From positions 32,065-96,064 of the IMG/VR virus record IMGVR_UViG_3300031760_005061: a DNA stretch of 64,000 nucleotides. One strand, given 5' to 3'. The notes beneath the pieces were generated by a model. That model searched no databases. It was not told where the DNA came from and worked only from the letters and a program-made list of their open reading frames with translations. The position numbers and the translations under genes are program-made. Shown in pieces: positions 19,438 through 30,079 of the stretch (within the stretch, counting starts at the first letter, position 1; each line of letters starts with the position of its first letter). This stretch comes from a virus. Lineage: Duplodnaviria; Caudoviricetes.

Positions 19438-20112
19438 TTAACAAACTTTAATAATATCGTTGTATAACACTCTTAACTTACCTATGGTTTTGTCGATATG
19501 ATAATGTCCGCAAAACCATCTCTTGAACTCCGTTGTTTCCTCTACGGTGTCGAGAAACCTATTCAAGTGATCTGAGTCGTAATACGGATTGATTGAGTCA
19601 AGATATGATTTCGGCGCACAATGCGTAACAATATAATCAACCTTGTTATTGTTCGCCTCAAGATTGTCCAGCGCCTCTTCATACTGCTCATTAGACGGAA
19701 GCTCTTCTTTCCACCAAGATCTGCCCTCGATACGTTGCCATTTATCTATACTGTCCGCTCCGCCCATAGTAAAAAACTTTTTGCCGTTTATTTTAAAAAC
19801 CTGTCCTCTGCAAAGGTGAATTATTTTATCGCTGATGCGATGAACGTTTCCACCGTGCCATTTCTCTGTAGGAAGGTGATTAAGAATAAAATGATTTTCG
19901 TGATTGCCGTCAACATACAAAGTAGTCCACGGTTTATCGTTCCATAAACTCTGGATATACCTATCAAACTTATCTCCGTCCCATACAATAGCGGCGTCTC
20001 CGCAAATAATTAAGAAGTCTTTTGACGTAAGATTTTTGTCGGTAAACTTTCTAGAGTTAATCTTCATGATATCGTTATCGCCGTGTGTGTCTCCGGTAAT
20101 ATAAATACTCAT
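19438..20112 (-). CDS. Calcineurin-like metallophosphoesterase
   Basis: GDTHG, CGD, DGNHEN, THC, GHYH. Confidence 0.9.
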   Translation of the reverse strand: MSIYITGDTHGDNDIMKINSRKFTDKNLTSKDFLIICGDAAIVWDGDKFDRYIQSLWNDKPWTTLYVDGNHENHFILNHLPTEKWHGGNVHRISDKIIHLCRGQVFKINGKKFFTMGGADSIDKWQRIEGRSWWKEELPSNEQYEEALDNLEANNNKVDYIVTHCAPKSYLDSINPYYDSDHLNRFLDTVEETTEFKRWFCGHYHIDKTIGKLRVLYNDIIKVC

Positions 20113-20576
20113 TAAAACACCTCGTATAAAGTTATTAGTATTAGGATGTTCATAACTATAAGAGAAACGCAGATGATTTCGGGCTCCGGAGAGTCTCCTA
20201 TCATATCGTCCTCAGAGTCTACCGAGTCATTATATCTATCAATCATGTTGGCAATATGTTGATAGATAATTCCCGGGACACAAACACAAGCGACCGATGC
20301 GAGGACTTTAAATATTATTGAATGCAAACTATATTATTCTCCAGATTCTGTCTGTTGAAGATTAGTTAAGTCTGATAGTCCGGGAATATTAAATGCTCCG
20401 GTTAATTTCTCAAGACTTGACGGGTCTTCTTTGATTTTTTTAAGTTCGTTAACCAAGTTAACAATGCCGGACAAACATTCTTTACAAGAGTCACAAAATA
20501 CTGAGTTTCTTGTGCCGTTAAAAAGTTTGTCGCAAACCGGACATTTCTTTGCTTCAATCTGCTCTGCCATATTCAT
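20112..20576 (-). CDS. Two small genes (membrane protein 20112-20327; Zn-finger 20334-20576)
   Basis: Hydrophobic helices; CPVC...CDSC. Confidence 0.55.
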
Positions 20577-20583
20577 CTCCTTT

Positions 20584-20659
20584 GTCTCTCGTTATTTTTG
20601 ACATAAAGATTATAACACACCGCTTTGTTTCAAACGGGGTTGTTAACAAATTGTTTACA
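20584..20659 (-). promoter_or_regulatory. Promoter: TGTAAA-N7-TTAACA, 26 nt, TATAAT, then TAACGAGAGAC
   Basis: Same architecture as 35650-35725 and 57449-57499. Confidence 0.75.
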
Positions 20660-21122
20660 TTTGACGTCTCTTAAATTTGTATGTAATGTCCTCCATGCCA
20701 TCAACAATATACATCCTTTGGTTTGTATCCGGCGAGTCAAGACCGCCCAGTTCTGCTTTATACTCTCCAAGTTTAATATAGTCGATTGTTTCGCACAACC
20801 ATTCCGGAGCGGTGTCGTTGCCGGAATACACGCATATTTTGAGATACGGATATTTGTATTTAATCCAGTGAGAAATATTACATAACTCTCTTTGATTGTT
20901 GTCTCCGCCCATAAAGCAAACACAAGAAACGAGATCGCCGTATAATATCAAACCCTCTTCAATTATGTCGAGCAGTGGTACTCCGCAAGATGTCTGTAGG
21001 TACTGACTGTGGCACCCCTGACATCTGTGCGGACACTCACTGATTTCGAAACATAACGAGAGCTCGTCCGGAACTTCCGTACCAGTTACGGAATATCCGC
21101 AACAAAGTAGCTCGTTATTCAT
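20655..21122 (-). CDS. nrdG: Anaerobic ribonucleotide reductase activating protein
   Basis: EVPDELSL, CxxxCxxC radical SAM motif, TNQR; adjacent to nrdD. Confidence 0.9.
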   Translation of the reverse strand: MNNELLCCGYSVTGTEVPDELSLCFEISECPHRCQGCHSQYLQTSCGVPLLDIIEEGLILYGDLVSCVCFMGGDNNQRELCNISHWIKYKYPYLKICVYSGNDTAPEWLCETIDYIKLGEYKAELGGLDSPDTNQRMYIVDGMEDITYKFKRRQM

Positions 21123-22938
21123 AGTATCTATTCGATTCCTCTTTCTGTCTTGCCTCGCTAAATCTTGATACGAGTTTGAGATATCCGATTATTCTCGTGG
21201 CGTAATCAAGATCTTCGCTACCACATTTTTCACATTTGTCAAGTTTATGCTTGCTGATATGACCACATGACTTGCAAACGGTATTCGGAATATTAAACGT
21301 AAAATATGAACATCCGGTTTTAATCGCGTTCTTCAGCATTTTTGCGTACTGTTCCTTCGAGAGATGTTCGTTAAGGTTGATGTGGCAAGCAGAACCGCCG
21401 TCAAGATACTTGGTAAGTCTGTCGCCGTGAAGTATCATCTTGTCGGCCATATTGCAGGTTTCGTCTTCAACCTTAAAGAAATAGCTGTTGTAGCAGTCTC
21501 TCGGAACCTCATATCCGTCTTTCTTATCCCACTTGGCGTTCTTCACACCGAGATTTTCAGCCGGTACAAATTCGGTATTAAACATTATGCTATCTGTCTT
21601 CGCCTTTTGGTTCTCTTCAAATATGGGCTTCAGTATCATTTCTCCATATTTGAAATAGTCTTCATTGGGAGAAATGTCGATACCCAAGAACTCGGCGCCC
21701 TCGACAAATCCGTTAATACCAACGGTGAGATACTGTTTTTCGAGCGAGATATATCCGGCATCATAGACCGGCAAGAGTCTGGAGTTGAAATGGTCATACA
21801 TTATCGCATTGAATGCCGTGAGGTATTTATGAACTTTCTGTACTTGCTCTCTTACCGCATCTTCAATAGGTATATCTGCGAGTGTGGCGTTCTGTACAAG
21901 TCTGTTGATGTTGATTGTCATAACTCCTTTTGAACCAGTTGACACACCGCCGGCACCAAGAGTATATGAGAATGTGTTGTCCTGTATTCCGTTACGAAGT
22001 CGACAGCAACTTGCCAAACTATCAACGCTGTTGCTTCTGTATGTGAAGAAAGAGTGTCCTTCTGAGTACATTTGAGCCACGAAGTCAGCCCAGTTTTGAT
22101 CAACATAATCTTTGCCATTGTCAAGAAGATTGACAGTTTCAACCGGGAATGTAAGGATTGACCTCGTTCTTTCGTGATTGAACCACATCATAAACTGTTT
22201 CTGAAGCCACGAAACGCTGACCCATCTCGGAGTGTCGCCGTCCGGGAAAACAAAGTTTTCAAATATGCTCTCGAAATACGGCTGGTCAAAGTAAGCAATG
22301 TTCCAAAAGACCGATTGAAAATTTCTTGCAGCCGCCGGCTGGTTCATAGAATAAACAACCTGTTCAAATATATCGTGGATTGTTTTAAGGAGTGATCTCG
22401 GTTTTGCCGGAGGTACTGTAACCGATAAATATGAACGAGTGAAGTATTCGTCTCCATATTCCTTACGAAGAAAGTAGTCAAGGTATGTCAAAAACTCCGG
22501 CGTTGAAACCGCTCCGGCAAACTGAGCCGCTACTGCAAATACAAGATTGATAAAAGATCCGACGAATGCGTTAAGGTTTTTAGGAGCGGATGATATACCG
22601 CCAATTGTTTTCAGTCCGCTAAATAAGAACGGATACATTGATATTGATACACAGTACGGATAGACCGATGTCTCGTCGTGTTTGTATATCTCGTGTTCGT
22701 CGAGCTGTCTTATGTATTCGTCTGCAACATCTTCACCGTATAACTCGGTAAGCTTTTCGACCATAAGCAATCTGTTAGTTCCTATGGACTCGCTCTTGAA
22801 GAGTTCTCCGGACATTGTTGCGATATTTTTGTTTTCTACATTTGCGTTTGCGTCAAATTCGCTACCGGTTGCGGCGTTTGACGCCTGTTTATATCTGTCA
22901 ATAAAGTTCGTGTATTTTCTATAAGAGTCATATTTCAT
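21115..22938 (-). CDS. nrdD: Anaerobic (class III) ribonucleoside-triphosphate reductase, no ATP cone
   Basis: SCCRL, TFPV, PAENL, C-terminal CxxC...CxxC and RIIGYL glycyl-radical motif. Confidence 0.95.
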   Translation of the reverse strand: MKYDSYRKYTNFIDRYKQASNAATGSEFDANANVENKNIATMSGELFKSESIGTNRLLMVEKLTELYGEDVADEYIRQLDEHEIYKHDETSVYPYCVSISMYPFLFSGLKTIGGISSAPKNLNAFVGSFINLVFAVAAQFAGAVSTPEFLTYLDYFLRKEYGDEYFTRSYLSVTVPPAKPRSLLKTIHDIFEQVVYSMNQPAAARNFQSVFWNIAYFDQPYFESIFENFVFPDGDTPRWVSVSWLQKQFMMWFNHERTRSILTFPVETVNLLDNGKDYVDQNWADFVAQMYSEGHSFFTYRSNSVDSLASCCRLRNGIQDNTFSYTLGAGGVSTGSKGVMTININRLVQNATLADIPIEDAVREQVQKVHKYLTAFNAIMYDHFNSRLLPVYDAGYISLEKQYLTVGINGFVEGAEFLGIDISPNEDYFKYGEMILKPIFEENQKAKTDSIMFNTEFVPAENLGVKNAKWDKKDGYEVPRDCYNSYFFKVEDETCNMADKMILHGDRLTKYLDGGSACHINLNEHLSKEQYAKMLKNAIKTGCSYFTFNIPNTVCKSCGHISKHKLDKCEKCGSEDLDYATRIIGYLKLVSRFSEARQKEESNRYYE

Positions 22939-23137
22939 TTTTCATTACCGCCCTCACCGCTTCGGGATATGAATACTGTTTGCCGTCTTTCTCAAGAACC
23001 GGCACGTGTTGTATGCCTAACGATTTCATTTTCTCTACGTCGTTCTCGACGCTATATGTAATGCCTTTATCGTCAAGCATTTTCTTAAGAGCCATGCACA
23101 TCGGACAGCCCGTCGAATATAATGTTATTACGTTCAT
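22928..23137 (-). CDS. Glutaredoxin/NrdH-like redoxin
   Basis: TLYSTGCPMC...VPVL. Confidence 0.85.
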   Translation of the reverse strand: MNVITLYSTGCPMCMALKKMLDDKGITYSVENDVEKMKSLGIQHVPVLEKDGKQYSYPEAVRAVMKNEI

Positions 23138-23354
23138 CGCTCGCCTCCTTAAGTTTTTCAATCTTGCGTTTAAGGTAGAACTCTGCCTTTTCAAGATCTT
23201 CGATTGTTTTTGCCGGATCTTTCTTGCCGGCTCTTGAAACATATTTAACTACATTGCCGAGATGAAATCCGAGTTTCTTATCTTCAATAAAATCAAGAAC
23301 CTCGATTTTACCATCGGTATAATGTGACGGATGATTTACTACATCCAAAGCCAT
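23085..23354 (-). CDS. DUF3310-like phage protein
   Basis: VNHPSHY..GKIEV.DFI...GNVVKY..RAG.K...EDL.KA.FY. Confidence 0.85.
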   Translation of the reverse strand: MALDVVNHPSHYTDGKIEVLDFIEDKKLGFHLGNVVKYVSRAGKKDPAKTIEDLEKAEFYLKRKIEKLKEASDERNNIIFDGLSDVHGS

Positions 23355-23357
23355 ATA

Positions 23358-23534
23358 TCACTCCTCCTCGTCGTCGTTATCTTCTGGTATGTAAATTCGA
23401 TATTCTATGTCTGCCCCACAATTTGAACATCGACATATATGAACTATGCCGGTTCCTTCGTATCCGAAATCTTCAAAGTCAAAATCGCTACACCAGTAAA
23501 CCGATTTATGTCCACAATGAAAACACTCGTACAT
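23358..23534 (-). CDS. Small Zn-ribbon protein
   Basis: MYECFHCG...CSNCG, 58 aa, read by hand. Confidence 0.6.
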   Translation of the reverse strand: MYECFHCGHKSVYWCSDFDFEDFGYEGTGIVHICRCSNCGADIEYRIYIPEDNDDEEE

Positions 23535-23726
23535 ATTATTTCCTTCCCGGTTTGTCTATTACAATTACAACCCCACAATCTGAGTAGATTTCAGTCACAG
23601 GATATTTTAAATATTTTTCCCATTTTTCGGGAGCGGTATGTTTTGGATCAATCCACTCTGAGTCCTTGCCGTCAAGCAGTATGCTTGCGTCATATGTAAC
23701 ATCAAGCGCTTGTCTTAGCGTCATTG

Positions 23727-24299
23727 TTATTCCTCCAGTAAATAAACATCGTGTATTGTACCAAAACTCTCCATCCACCGATAACCAGCTGCGACTCCGC
23801 CGTAATTGTTACTGTCATAGAAAATATCGATTTTTGACCCTTGAATTCCGTTGCCGATATCAACGCATTTGAGTTTCAGTACATGTCCGTTGTCGCCGGT
23901 AATCTGTATTACAGAGCCAAGCGGAATAACATTGGGGTCGACAGCGCATGTCGCAAGGTGCTGAGAACGAGTACCGGTCGACGTTGCGTATCCCCATTTA
24001 GCGTCCGGAATATAGAATGTCAAAGAAAATTTTCCGGGCAATCTCCTTGATATGTACGGATCTACAGAGTTTGTTGTTGCGATTTTTGCTGTAGTCTGTT
24101 TTGTAGTTTTGCGCTCCTGTTTTTCGGTTGTGCGCTCTTTAATAATCGCTTTTGTTGTGGTAATGGTTGTCTTTACCTGTTCTGTAATTGTGGTTGTAGG
24201 TATACGTACTGTCTCTTCGACAGTACTTCGTGTGGTTCCGCAAGCGACACAAGATATCAGCATCTCAGTCGCTGCGACAATTGAAACAATTCTTCTCAT
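23727..24299 (-). CDS. 3D-domain (cell-wall hydrolase-like) lipoprotein
   Basis: Signal/lipobox, Thr-rich linker, AVDPNVIPLGS...DIG..I.G.KIDIF. Confidence 0.85.
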   Translation of the reverse strand: MRRIVSIVAATEMLISCVACGTTRSTVEETVRIPTTTITEQVKTTITTTKAIIKERTTEKQERKTTKQTTAKIATTNSVDPYISRRLPGKFSLTFYIPDAKWGYATSTGTRSQHLATCAVDPNVIPLGSVIQITGDNGHVLKLKCVDIGNGIQGSKIDIFYDSNNYGGVAAGYRWMESFGTIHDVYLLEE

Positions 24300-24310
24300 T
24301 TTGTCCTCCT

Positions 24311-24972
24311 TTAATGAACAGTAATAGAATGAACGGTGATTTCGTTATTGAGCGTGTGTATGATCTTTGTAGTATTGAGATATCCGTTATCAAAATCGGT
24401 ATTTGTGAACTCAATCTTTTCCGGGGTAATCTTAGAAATATTGAACAGCGCAGTTACGTTATCAAACGTTGTACCGTTTTCGTCCTGTCCATTTGCTTCG
24501 ATACGGGCGATAATTGTTTCACCGGAGTTATAGGCGTCGATGATGTCGTCAAATGTTGTAACTGAAGTCCAGTTTACAAAATCGCTTGACTCGTAGTCGA
24601 CGTAGTAAAGTGCGTCACCGATTTTTGCACCGTCGCCGATACAGGCGCTGAAGCTTTCTCCGGTTTCTGAATTATAATAGTTGAAATTTGACATATTGTT
24701 CCTCTCTTTCTTTATTTGAAAATCTTCAAAACGAAGTTGTCCGTTTTCGTCCTCTATGTACGTCATCTTATAACCACCCTTTCAGCTATAATTCTGACAA
24801 TCTTCACCGCACCGGAAAGAACCGGTGAGCAAATTCGATATGCGTCGTATAACGCTTGATAAAACATGGCGATTTTATTTGTGTCTACCGCCATAATGTC
24901 GAAGCGGGAAATTGCCTCGAGAATTAAATAAACAGAGTTGGCTAACGACTCTAATATGGTTTCCATTTTCAA
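24311..24972 (-). CDS. Two hypothetical genes (24311-24766, 24763-24972)
   Basis: Contiguous ORFs. Confidence 0.5.
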
Positions 24973-24979
24973 CCTCCTG

Positions 24980-27900
24980 TTAGTTAATAATGTTATATGA
25001 TGTCAGTTCCCAATACCCGGATGAGTTTTTAAATACATTGTTAGCGTAAATAATATCTCCCTTTTTGATTGGTAACTGTTTGAGCAATTTTGATCTAACG
25101 GTAAGTCTTGATTTCTTTCCGCTTCCAACCGATGTGGTGTTTATTCTTGCACACCACACATTTCCGGTAGACTTAGAGGCGAGCTCGGTGTAGTCTTCTA
25201 TGATTAACTTTCGCCTATCCTCCTCTTTTCCGGTTGTTATATCTACATAACCGAGATACTCCATACTGTTTTGTATCATTGTTTTAATCGGAAGTTCCGG
25301 AAAGCTTTTCGCTCTAATAGTATCTTCGATTTCACAGAGCAATCCATACATATCAGTAATTGTATATAGTTTTAATTCCTTACCGTCTTTGTTGAGGTTT
25401 GTTGCGTGATTGGTTATGATTTTTAATAGCTCTTCTGTAACGAATTCAGGATTAATTTTCTTTGCGTCTCCGGATTTAAATTTGTAAAACGCCTCTGTAA
25501 TTGCAAGCAATTCACGGCAATTGCCGAACTCGCTAAAGAATCCTATTTTCAAAAGGATATCGAGCTGTCTTGCGTCTATCGATGTATTCTTCAGAGCAAT
25601 CAGAATGTCTATAAATCTATTGAATTTGTTTTCGGAATGTGCAAGGGCATATAGTTCATTTCCGATTTTCTTATTGAGATACTTTATAGACTCAATTCCT
25701 TTTGCGATTATTTGTCTGTCTTTATCAAAGACAAAATGTTCTCTTGAAACTCCCCATCTCGGGGTGGTTACGAGTATTCCGTACTCCTGTGCAAGCTTGG
25801 TGCCGTTTGTAATATCATCCGGATTGTTTGGATTGTTAAGATATGCGGTAATAAATTCATAAGGATAATAGTGTCTAAAATAAGCACACAAATACCCAAG
25901 TAAACAATAAGCAACCGAATGATTATATCCAAACGAATATGATGCTGAGTCTTCCAGAATTCGCAGAAATTCCTGTGCTTCTTTTTCTGCGACTTCTCTT
26001 GGCCTATCCGACTTACTACAGTAACCTTCAAGGATTTTAGGTAATGCTGCTTTAACGGCGACCTCATCTTTCTTACCTATCGCTCGTCTTACCGTATCCG
26101 CTTCGGAACCACTGAAACCGCAAATGTCTTGAAGGAATTTGATCTGATCTTCTTGATACACGAGAAATCCGTTATTGTCTTTCAACAGTTCGTCTATCAT
26201 CGGCGAAGGGTTTTTATGGACTTTGTGAGCCATAAGATCATCTCTGTATGATGTTCCGGACGGTCTAACAGATGCCGTAACAAGACTCATATCAAAAATC
26301 GATTTTGGTTTGAATTGTTTTAATAACTGAAATGCGTAGTCAGACTCAAACTGGAATATTCCATACGGACTTTTGAGCATGTCGCTCCACACCTCTTCGT
26401 CGTTCCAGTTTATTTCGTGTGATCTCGGATAATTTATACCTATGTTCTTACATGTGTCGTTGATGATATTAACCGTGTTTAACACAAGGAAGTCGTATTT
26501 GACCAACCCGGCTGAATGTGCATCTTCCATGTCAAGCATTAGACACGACACCCCGTCTTTGTCGAACACCCCGTATTCCTCGTCAAGACAAACCGGCGAG
26601 ATAACCATACCGGCCGGATGAACACTCTGAGACACTTTCGTGTTCAACAATCCGTCGAGATAATAAAATACTTTTGGATTTTCTTCCCGAGTTTTCTCCG
26701 GGTCTTTTAAGAAGTCTTTTTTTATACGGTCTGTGTTTGTTAAATTGTACGGGTTGTCTTTTCCGTTTTCGTCGGGTTTTAATCCGTGGTCTTCATTCCA
26801 GTACATTCTGAGTGCTCCGCAAATATCGTCTATCGCTCCGGCTTCTTTTATTGTTCCATAGCTTGCGACTCTCGCGGTTTTGTCTGTTCCAAATCTGTTG
26901 ATTATGTATTCAAAAATCTTTGGCCTGTCTTCTTCTCGACAGTCCGTGTCTATATCTCCAACCTCTACCCTGTCTTCGTTACAAAACCGACTGAATACCG
27001 TGTGCCACGTTTCCGGGTTGAGGTCTATTATGTCAGTCACATAAGCAACTCTCGAGCCACCTACGGAACCTCTCGCAAAACCGAGAGGAATTTTATTTTC
27101 CTTACACCATCCATTAAGCTCTGATTGTGAGAGCATAAAGCCGGCCATTCCTATCTTCTTAAAGACACGCATCTCTTCTTTTATTGCAGATTTAAAATTG
27201 TCGATTTGGTCTTCCGAAATAATTCCGTTTGCAATTTTCTCTTGAAATTTATTTTCGACAAGTCTCTCAAACGCTTCGACGTCGTTATCCGGAGAACCGT
27301 ATAATACCGGATATTTGTTATCGGTGTTTATGTCGAATTCTTCGACAGAAGCCGCCATAACGTTTGTGTTTTCGATTGCCTGCATCCATAAACTTTCCGG
27401 GATCGCGTTCTGCTGTCTAAAATTTTCGACGAGATCGGCGTAAGTTTTATATGTAAGGTCGAATAAATCCTCGTCTCCGTATGATTTGTGTTTGCGTTTG
27501 AGTAATATTTTTCTACACTCTGCTTTGTATTCATTAAGAGAATGAGCGTCTGTTCCGGCGATAAGAGGCTTGTGATATTTCTCTGCAAGCTCTGCGAGAT
27601 GTACATTAAACGCAATCTGCTCCGGATGGTTGTGCGGTTGAATTTCCAGATAGTCATATCGTTTTACCATCTGCTCATATTTGGGATGATCTGCGGGTAG
27701 TTTGTTAAGAGGACTCGCCAAACACGCAGAGGTTGTAATGATATTCTTCGAAAGAGAAAGAAATTCGTCTATCGAAATTCTGTTTGTGTAGTAGAAGTGT
27801 TCCGGATTGCACGACATACTGACTACCTTGTTCAGCTCTTTAACTCCGGCTTTATTTTTCGCAATCAGTATTGTATGGAAGTTATCTCTTGTCTTGGGTT

Positions 27901-28123
27901 CAAGCTGCTCTGTTATGTAGATTTCTACGGCGTGTATATACTTAATTCCCTTTTCTTTACAGTATTTATATTTTGAAATCCAGTTTAAGGGCTTGCCGTG
28001 TTCGCTGAATGCTATTGCCGTCTGCCCCTGTCTTACAGCTTCGTCAACATATTCCGTATAACTCGTACAGCTATCGAGCAGTGAATAGTCTGTATGAACA
28101 TGGTATGCTACATACGAACCCAA
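24980..28123 (-). CDS. dnaE: DNA polymerase III alpha subunit (family C)
   Basis: PHP domain HVHTDYSLLD, RGSVGGS, DIDTD, HPAG, KYDFL, FQFES, YSFGYNHS. Confidence 0.96.
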   Translation of the reverse strand: MGSYVAYHVHTDYSLLDSCTSYTEYVDEAVRQGQTAIAFSEHGKPLNWISKYKYCKEKGIKYIHAVEIYITEQLEPKTRDNFHTILIAKNKAGVKELNKVVSMSCNPEHFYYTNRISIDEFLSLSKNIITTSACLASPLNKLPADHPKYEQMVKRYDYLEIQPHNHPEQIAFNVHLAELAEKYHKPLIAGTDAHSLNEYKAECRKILLKRKHKSYGDEDLFDLTYKTYADLVENFRQQNAIPESLWMQAIENTNVMAASVEEFDINTDNKYPVLYGSPDNDVEAFERLVENKFQEKIANGIISEDQIDNFKSAIKEEMRVFKKIGMAGFMLSQSELNGWCKENKIPLGFARGSVGGSRVAYVTDIIDLNPETWHTVFSRFCNEDRVEVGDIDTDCREEDRPKIFEYIINRFGTDKTARVASYGTIKEAGAIDDICGALRMYWNEDHGLKPDENGKDNPYNLTNTDRIKKDFLKDPEKTREENPKVFYYLDGLLNTKVSQSVHPAGMVISPVCLDEEYGVFDKDGVSCLMLDMEDAHSAGLVKYDFLVLNTVNIINDTCKNIGINYPRSHEINWNDEEVWSDMLKSPYGIFQFESDYAFQLLKQFKPKSIFDMSLVTASVRPSGTSYRDDLMAHKVHKNPSPMIDELLKDNNGFLVYQEDQIKFLQDICGFSGSEADTVRRAIGKKDEVAVKAALPKILEGYCSKSDRPREVAEKEAQEFLRILEDSASYSFGYNHSVAYCLLGYLCAYFRHYYPYEFITAYLNNPNNPDDITNGTKLAQEYGILVTTPRWGVSREHFVFDKDRQIIAKGIESIKYLNKKIGNELYALAHSENKFNRFIDILIALKNTSIDARQLDILLKIGFFSEFGNCRELLAITEAFYKFKSGDAKKINPEFVTEELLKIITNHATNLNKDGKELKLYTITDMYGLLCEIEDTIRAKSFPELPIKTMIQNSMEYLGYVDITTGKEEDRRKLIIEDYTELASKSTGNVWCARINTTSVGSGKKSRLTVRSKLLKQLPIKKGDIIYANNVFKNSSGYWELTSYNIIN

Positions 28124-30061
28124 TTAATCACCTCCTTTTACTTCGCCGAATACTTCGGAATCGTTTTCCTCTTGTAAAATTCGTTCCGACAACAACGCGG
28201 TTTCATATTTCGTATCGTCCCAGTCGTACTGCTTGTCAAATTCCTCTTGCGTCGAATAGAACCTTCTCGACACTGTGTCGTAATACAATCCGTGACTGAT
28301 ACTGCTACGTCCTCTCATTCTGTCTTTGATAATGTTTACAACAACGTCGTATTTTTTCAGTTCCGGTTTTAAGTTTGAGTTTTGGTCATTACCGTCCTTT
28401 TCGTCCTGTGTAACTCTTCTGAGACCCAATGTTCTGTGAGCCAGATTTGCGATATTGCTGGAGCCGGCGATATCGTACATTCCCACTGTAGATGTCTGAG
28501 ACAGTTTCCTCGGGTGTGCCACAAGGATAATCGCAACGCTGTATTTCTGCGCCAGTGTTATCAGTTTTTTAATCACCGAAGTTTGCTCTCTCAATTCGTT
28601 TTCTGACGAGTCGCTCAACATTGTCATCATATTGTCGAGCAGTAACAGTTTGGTTCCGAATTTTCTTATTGAGTCTGTCATTGAGTCAATCAGAATATCG
28701 ATATTGTTTTCCCAGTCGTCTTTGTAAACAAACCACCTACCTCTGTAGTATTCGTTTATTTTCTCGATCGCCTTGTCGTTGACGGTATAATATGTATCTT
28801 CTCCACACTGAATTTCTTCGATGTGTCTTCGTCCGCCAAGAACAAAACTCAGCCAGCTTTTTGTTATCGGATTTGATAACTCAGCAGAATACATCCAAGT
28901 GTTTACGCCTTGGTCGAGAACGTTACAAATGATTTGACTTAACAAACTGCTTTTGCCCACACCGGGCATACCGGAGATTACTGTCAATGTTCCGTAAGGA
29001 AGCTTAACCAGCTCTTGGTCTATTGCCTTAATACCCGTTTTTACTCCCGGCATATCCTTAAAATTCAATGCCTTAACATCAGACAAATCTGCAACTGACG
29101 GAACCGGTGTATCGGCTGCGTTAACTATGATGTCAAACAAGACATCTTTTCCTTTTTTGTAAAGAACCTCGTTGAGATCTTTACAGTCGTCCGGAACGTT
29201 AACCACTTTCGTTCTCCAAGAACCAAGTCTCGGGACGATTTCTGCGAGATATTTTCTGCCGCTTTCGTCGTTGTCCGCCGCTATAATGATTTGGTTGATT
29301 GTTTCGAGCCAGTCGAAGTTGCACTCAATCCATTTCGTGTTTCCGTCTCCGAGCGGAATTGATACTGCGTTTACCCATCCAGACTCTATGGCCGCGGCGC
29401 AGTCAAGTTCGCCGGAACAAATCAGCATCGGTTGCGACGGATTTATTCTATTCATATTAAAAAGAAGCGGTTTTGTATCTGCGTTTTTCTGACACCAGTT
29501 TTTCGCTTCTCCGCTTCCTTTTACGATTTTGTGAGACGGCCGATACTTAACCATTGTTAAAACATCATTTAAGTCATAATAGTTGAACACTATATTTCCA
29601 TGACTGTCTTGACAAATGTCAAGGTAGTCGACCGTGCTTTCCGATATTCCTCTCAGCTTTAAATAGGAGTAGACAGCGTTTTTGTTTCCGCAATCATCTC
29701 TCTTCGGATATCTGTAATCCCTAAGTGATTTCACGCCAAGCTCGCCAAATGAATACGGCAGGTCTGCTATCTCAAAGAGATCTTTCACTGCTTCGGCGTA
29801 GCTGTATTTGTTTTTCATCATCAATACATCTATAAGGTCATAGTTTCTATGACAAGCACCGAAGCAGTGAGCGCTGAGGTTTTCACTTTTGGGGTTGAAG
29901 ATTAAAGACGGCGTGTTTTCGGCGTGCCATAAGCAACAGCACTTCTGGTTCTTTTCGTCGTAGTCGGTTACACCGGCAACCGACATCATCACGCCAAACA
30001 TACCCTGTTCGTCTTCTATTTTTCTTTTTGCTTTGTTAATATCGTCGTTATTAAAAAGCAA
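28124..30061 (-). CDS. Primase-helicase (CHC2 Zn finger, TOPRIM, SF4 helicase)
   Basis: CC.WHAENTPS, GELD, DNDESG, GMPGVGKS, LLDN, VAHPRK, GSSNI. Confidence 0.92.
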   Translation of the reverse strand: MLFNNDDINKAKRKIEDEQGMFGVMMSVAGVTDYDEKNQKCCCLWHAENTPSLIFNPKSENLSAHCFGACHRNYDLIDVLMMKNKYSYAEAVKDLFEIADLPYSFGELGVKSLRDYRYPKRDDCGNKNAVYSYLKLRGISESTVDYLDICQDSHGNIVFNYYDLNDVLTMVKYRPSHKIVKGSGEAKNWCQKNADTKPLLFNMNRINPSQPMLICSGELDCAAAIESGWVNAVSIPLGDGNTKWIECNFDWLETINQIIIAADNDESGRKYLAEIVPRLGSWRTKVVNVPDDCKDLNEVLYKKGKDVLFDIIVNAADTPVPSVADLSDVKALNFKDMPGVKTGIKAIDQELVKLPYGTLTVISGMPGVGKSSLLSQIICNVLDQGVNTWMYSAELSNPITKSWLSFVLGGRRHIEEIQCGEDTYYTVNDKAIEKINEYYRGRWFVYKDDWENNIDILIDSMTDSIRKFGTKLLLLDNMMTMLSDSSENELREQTSVIKKLITLAQKYSVAIILVAHPRKLSQTSTVGMYDIAGSSNIANLAHRTLGLRRVTQDEKDGNDQNSNLKPELKKYDVVVNIIKDRMRGRSSISHGLYYDTVSRRFYSTQEEFDKQYDWDDTKYETALLSERILQEENDSEVFGEVKGGD

Positions 30062-30079
30062 ACTTAACAACCCCCTTTC

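Noticed and set aside
21115-30061. Inteins or introns in nrdD, dnaE or primase-helicase; stop-codon recoding
   Set aside because: Genes are of normal length and uninterrupted in the standard code; no suppressor tRNA.
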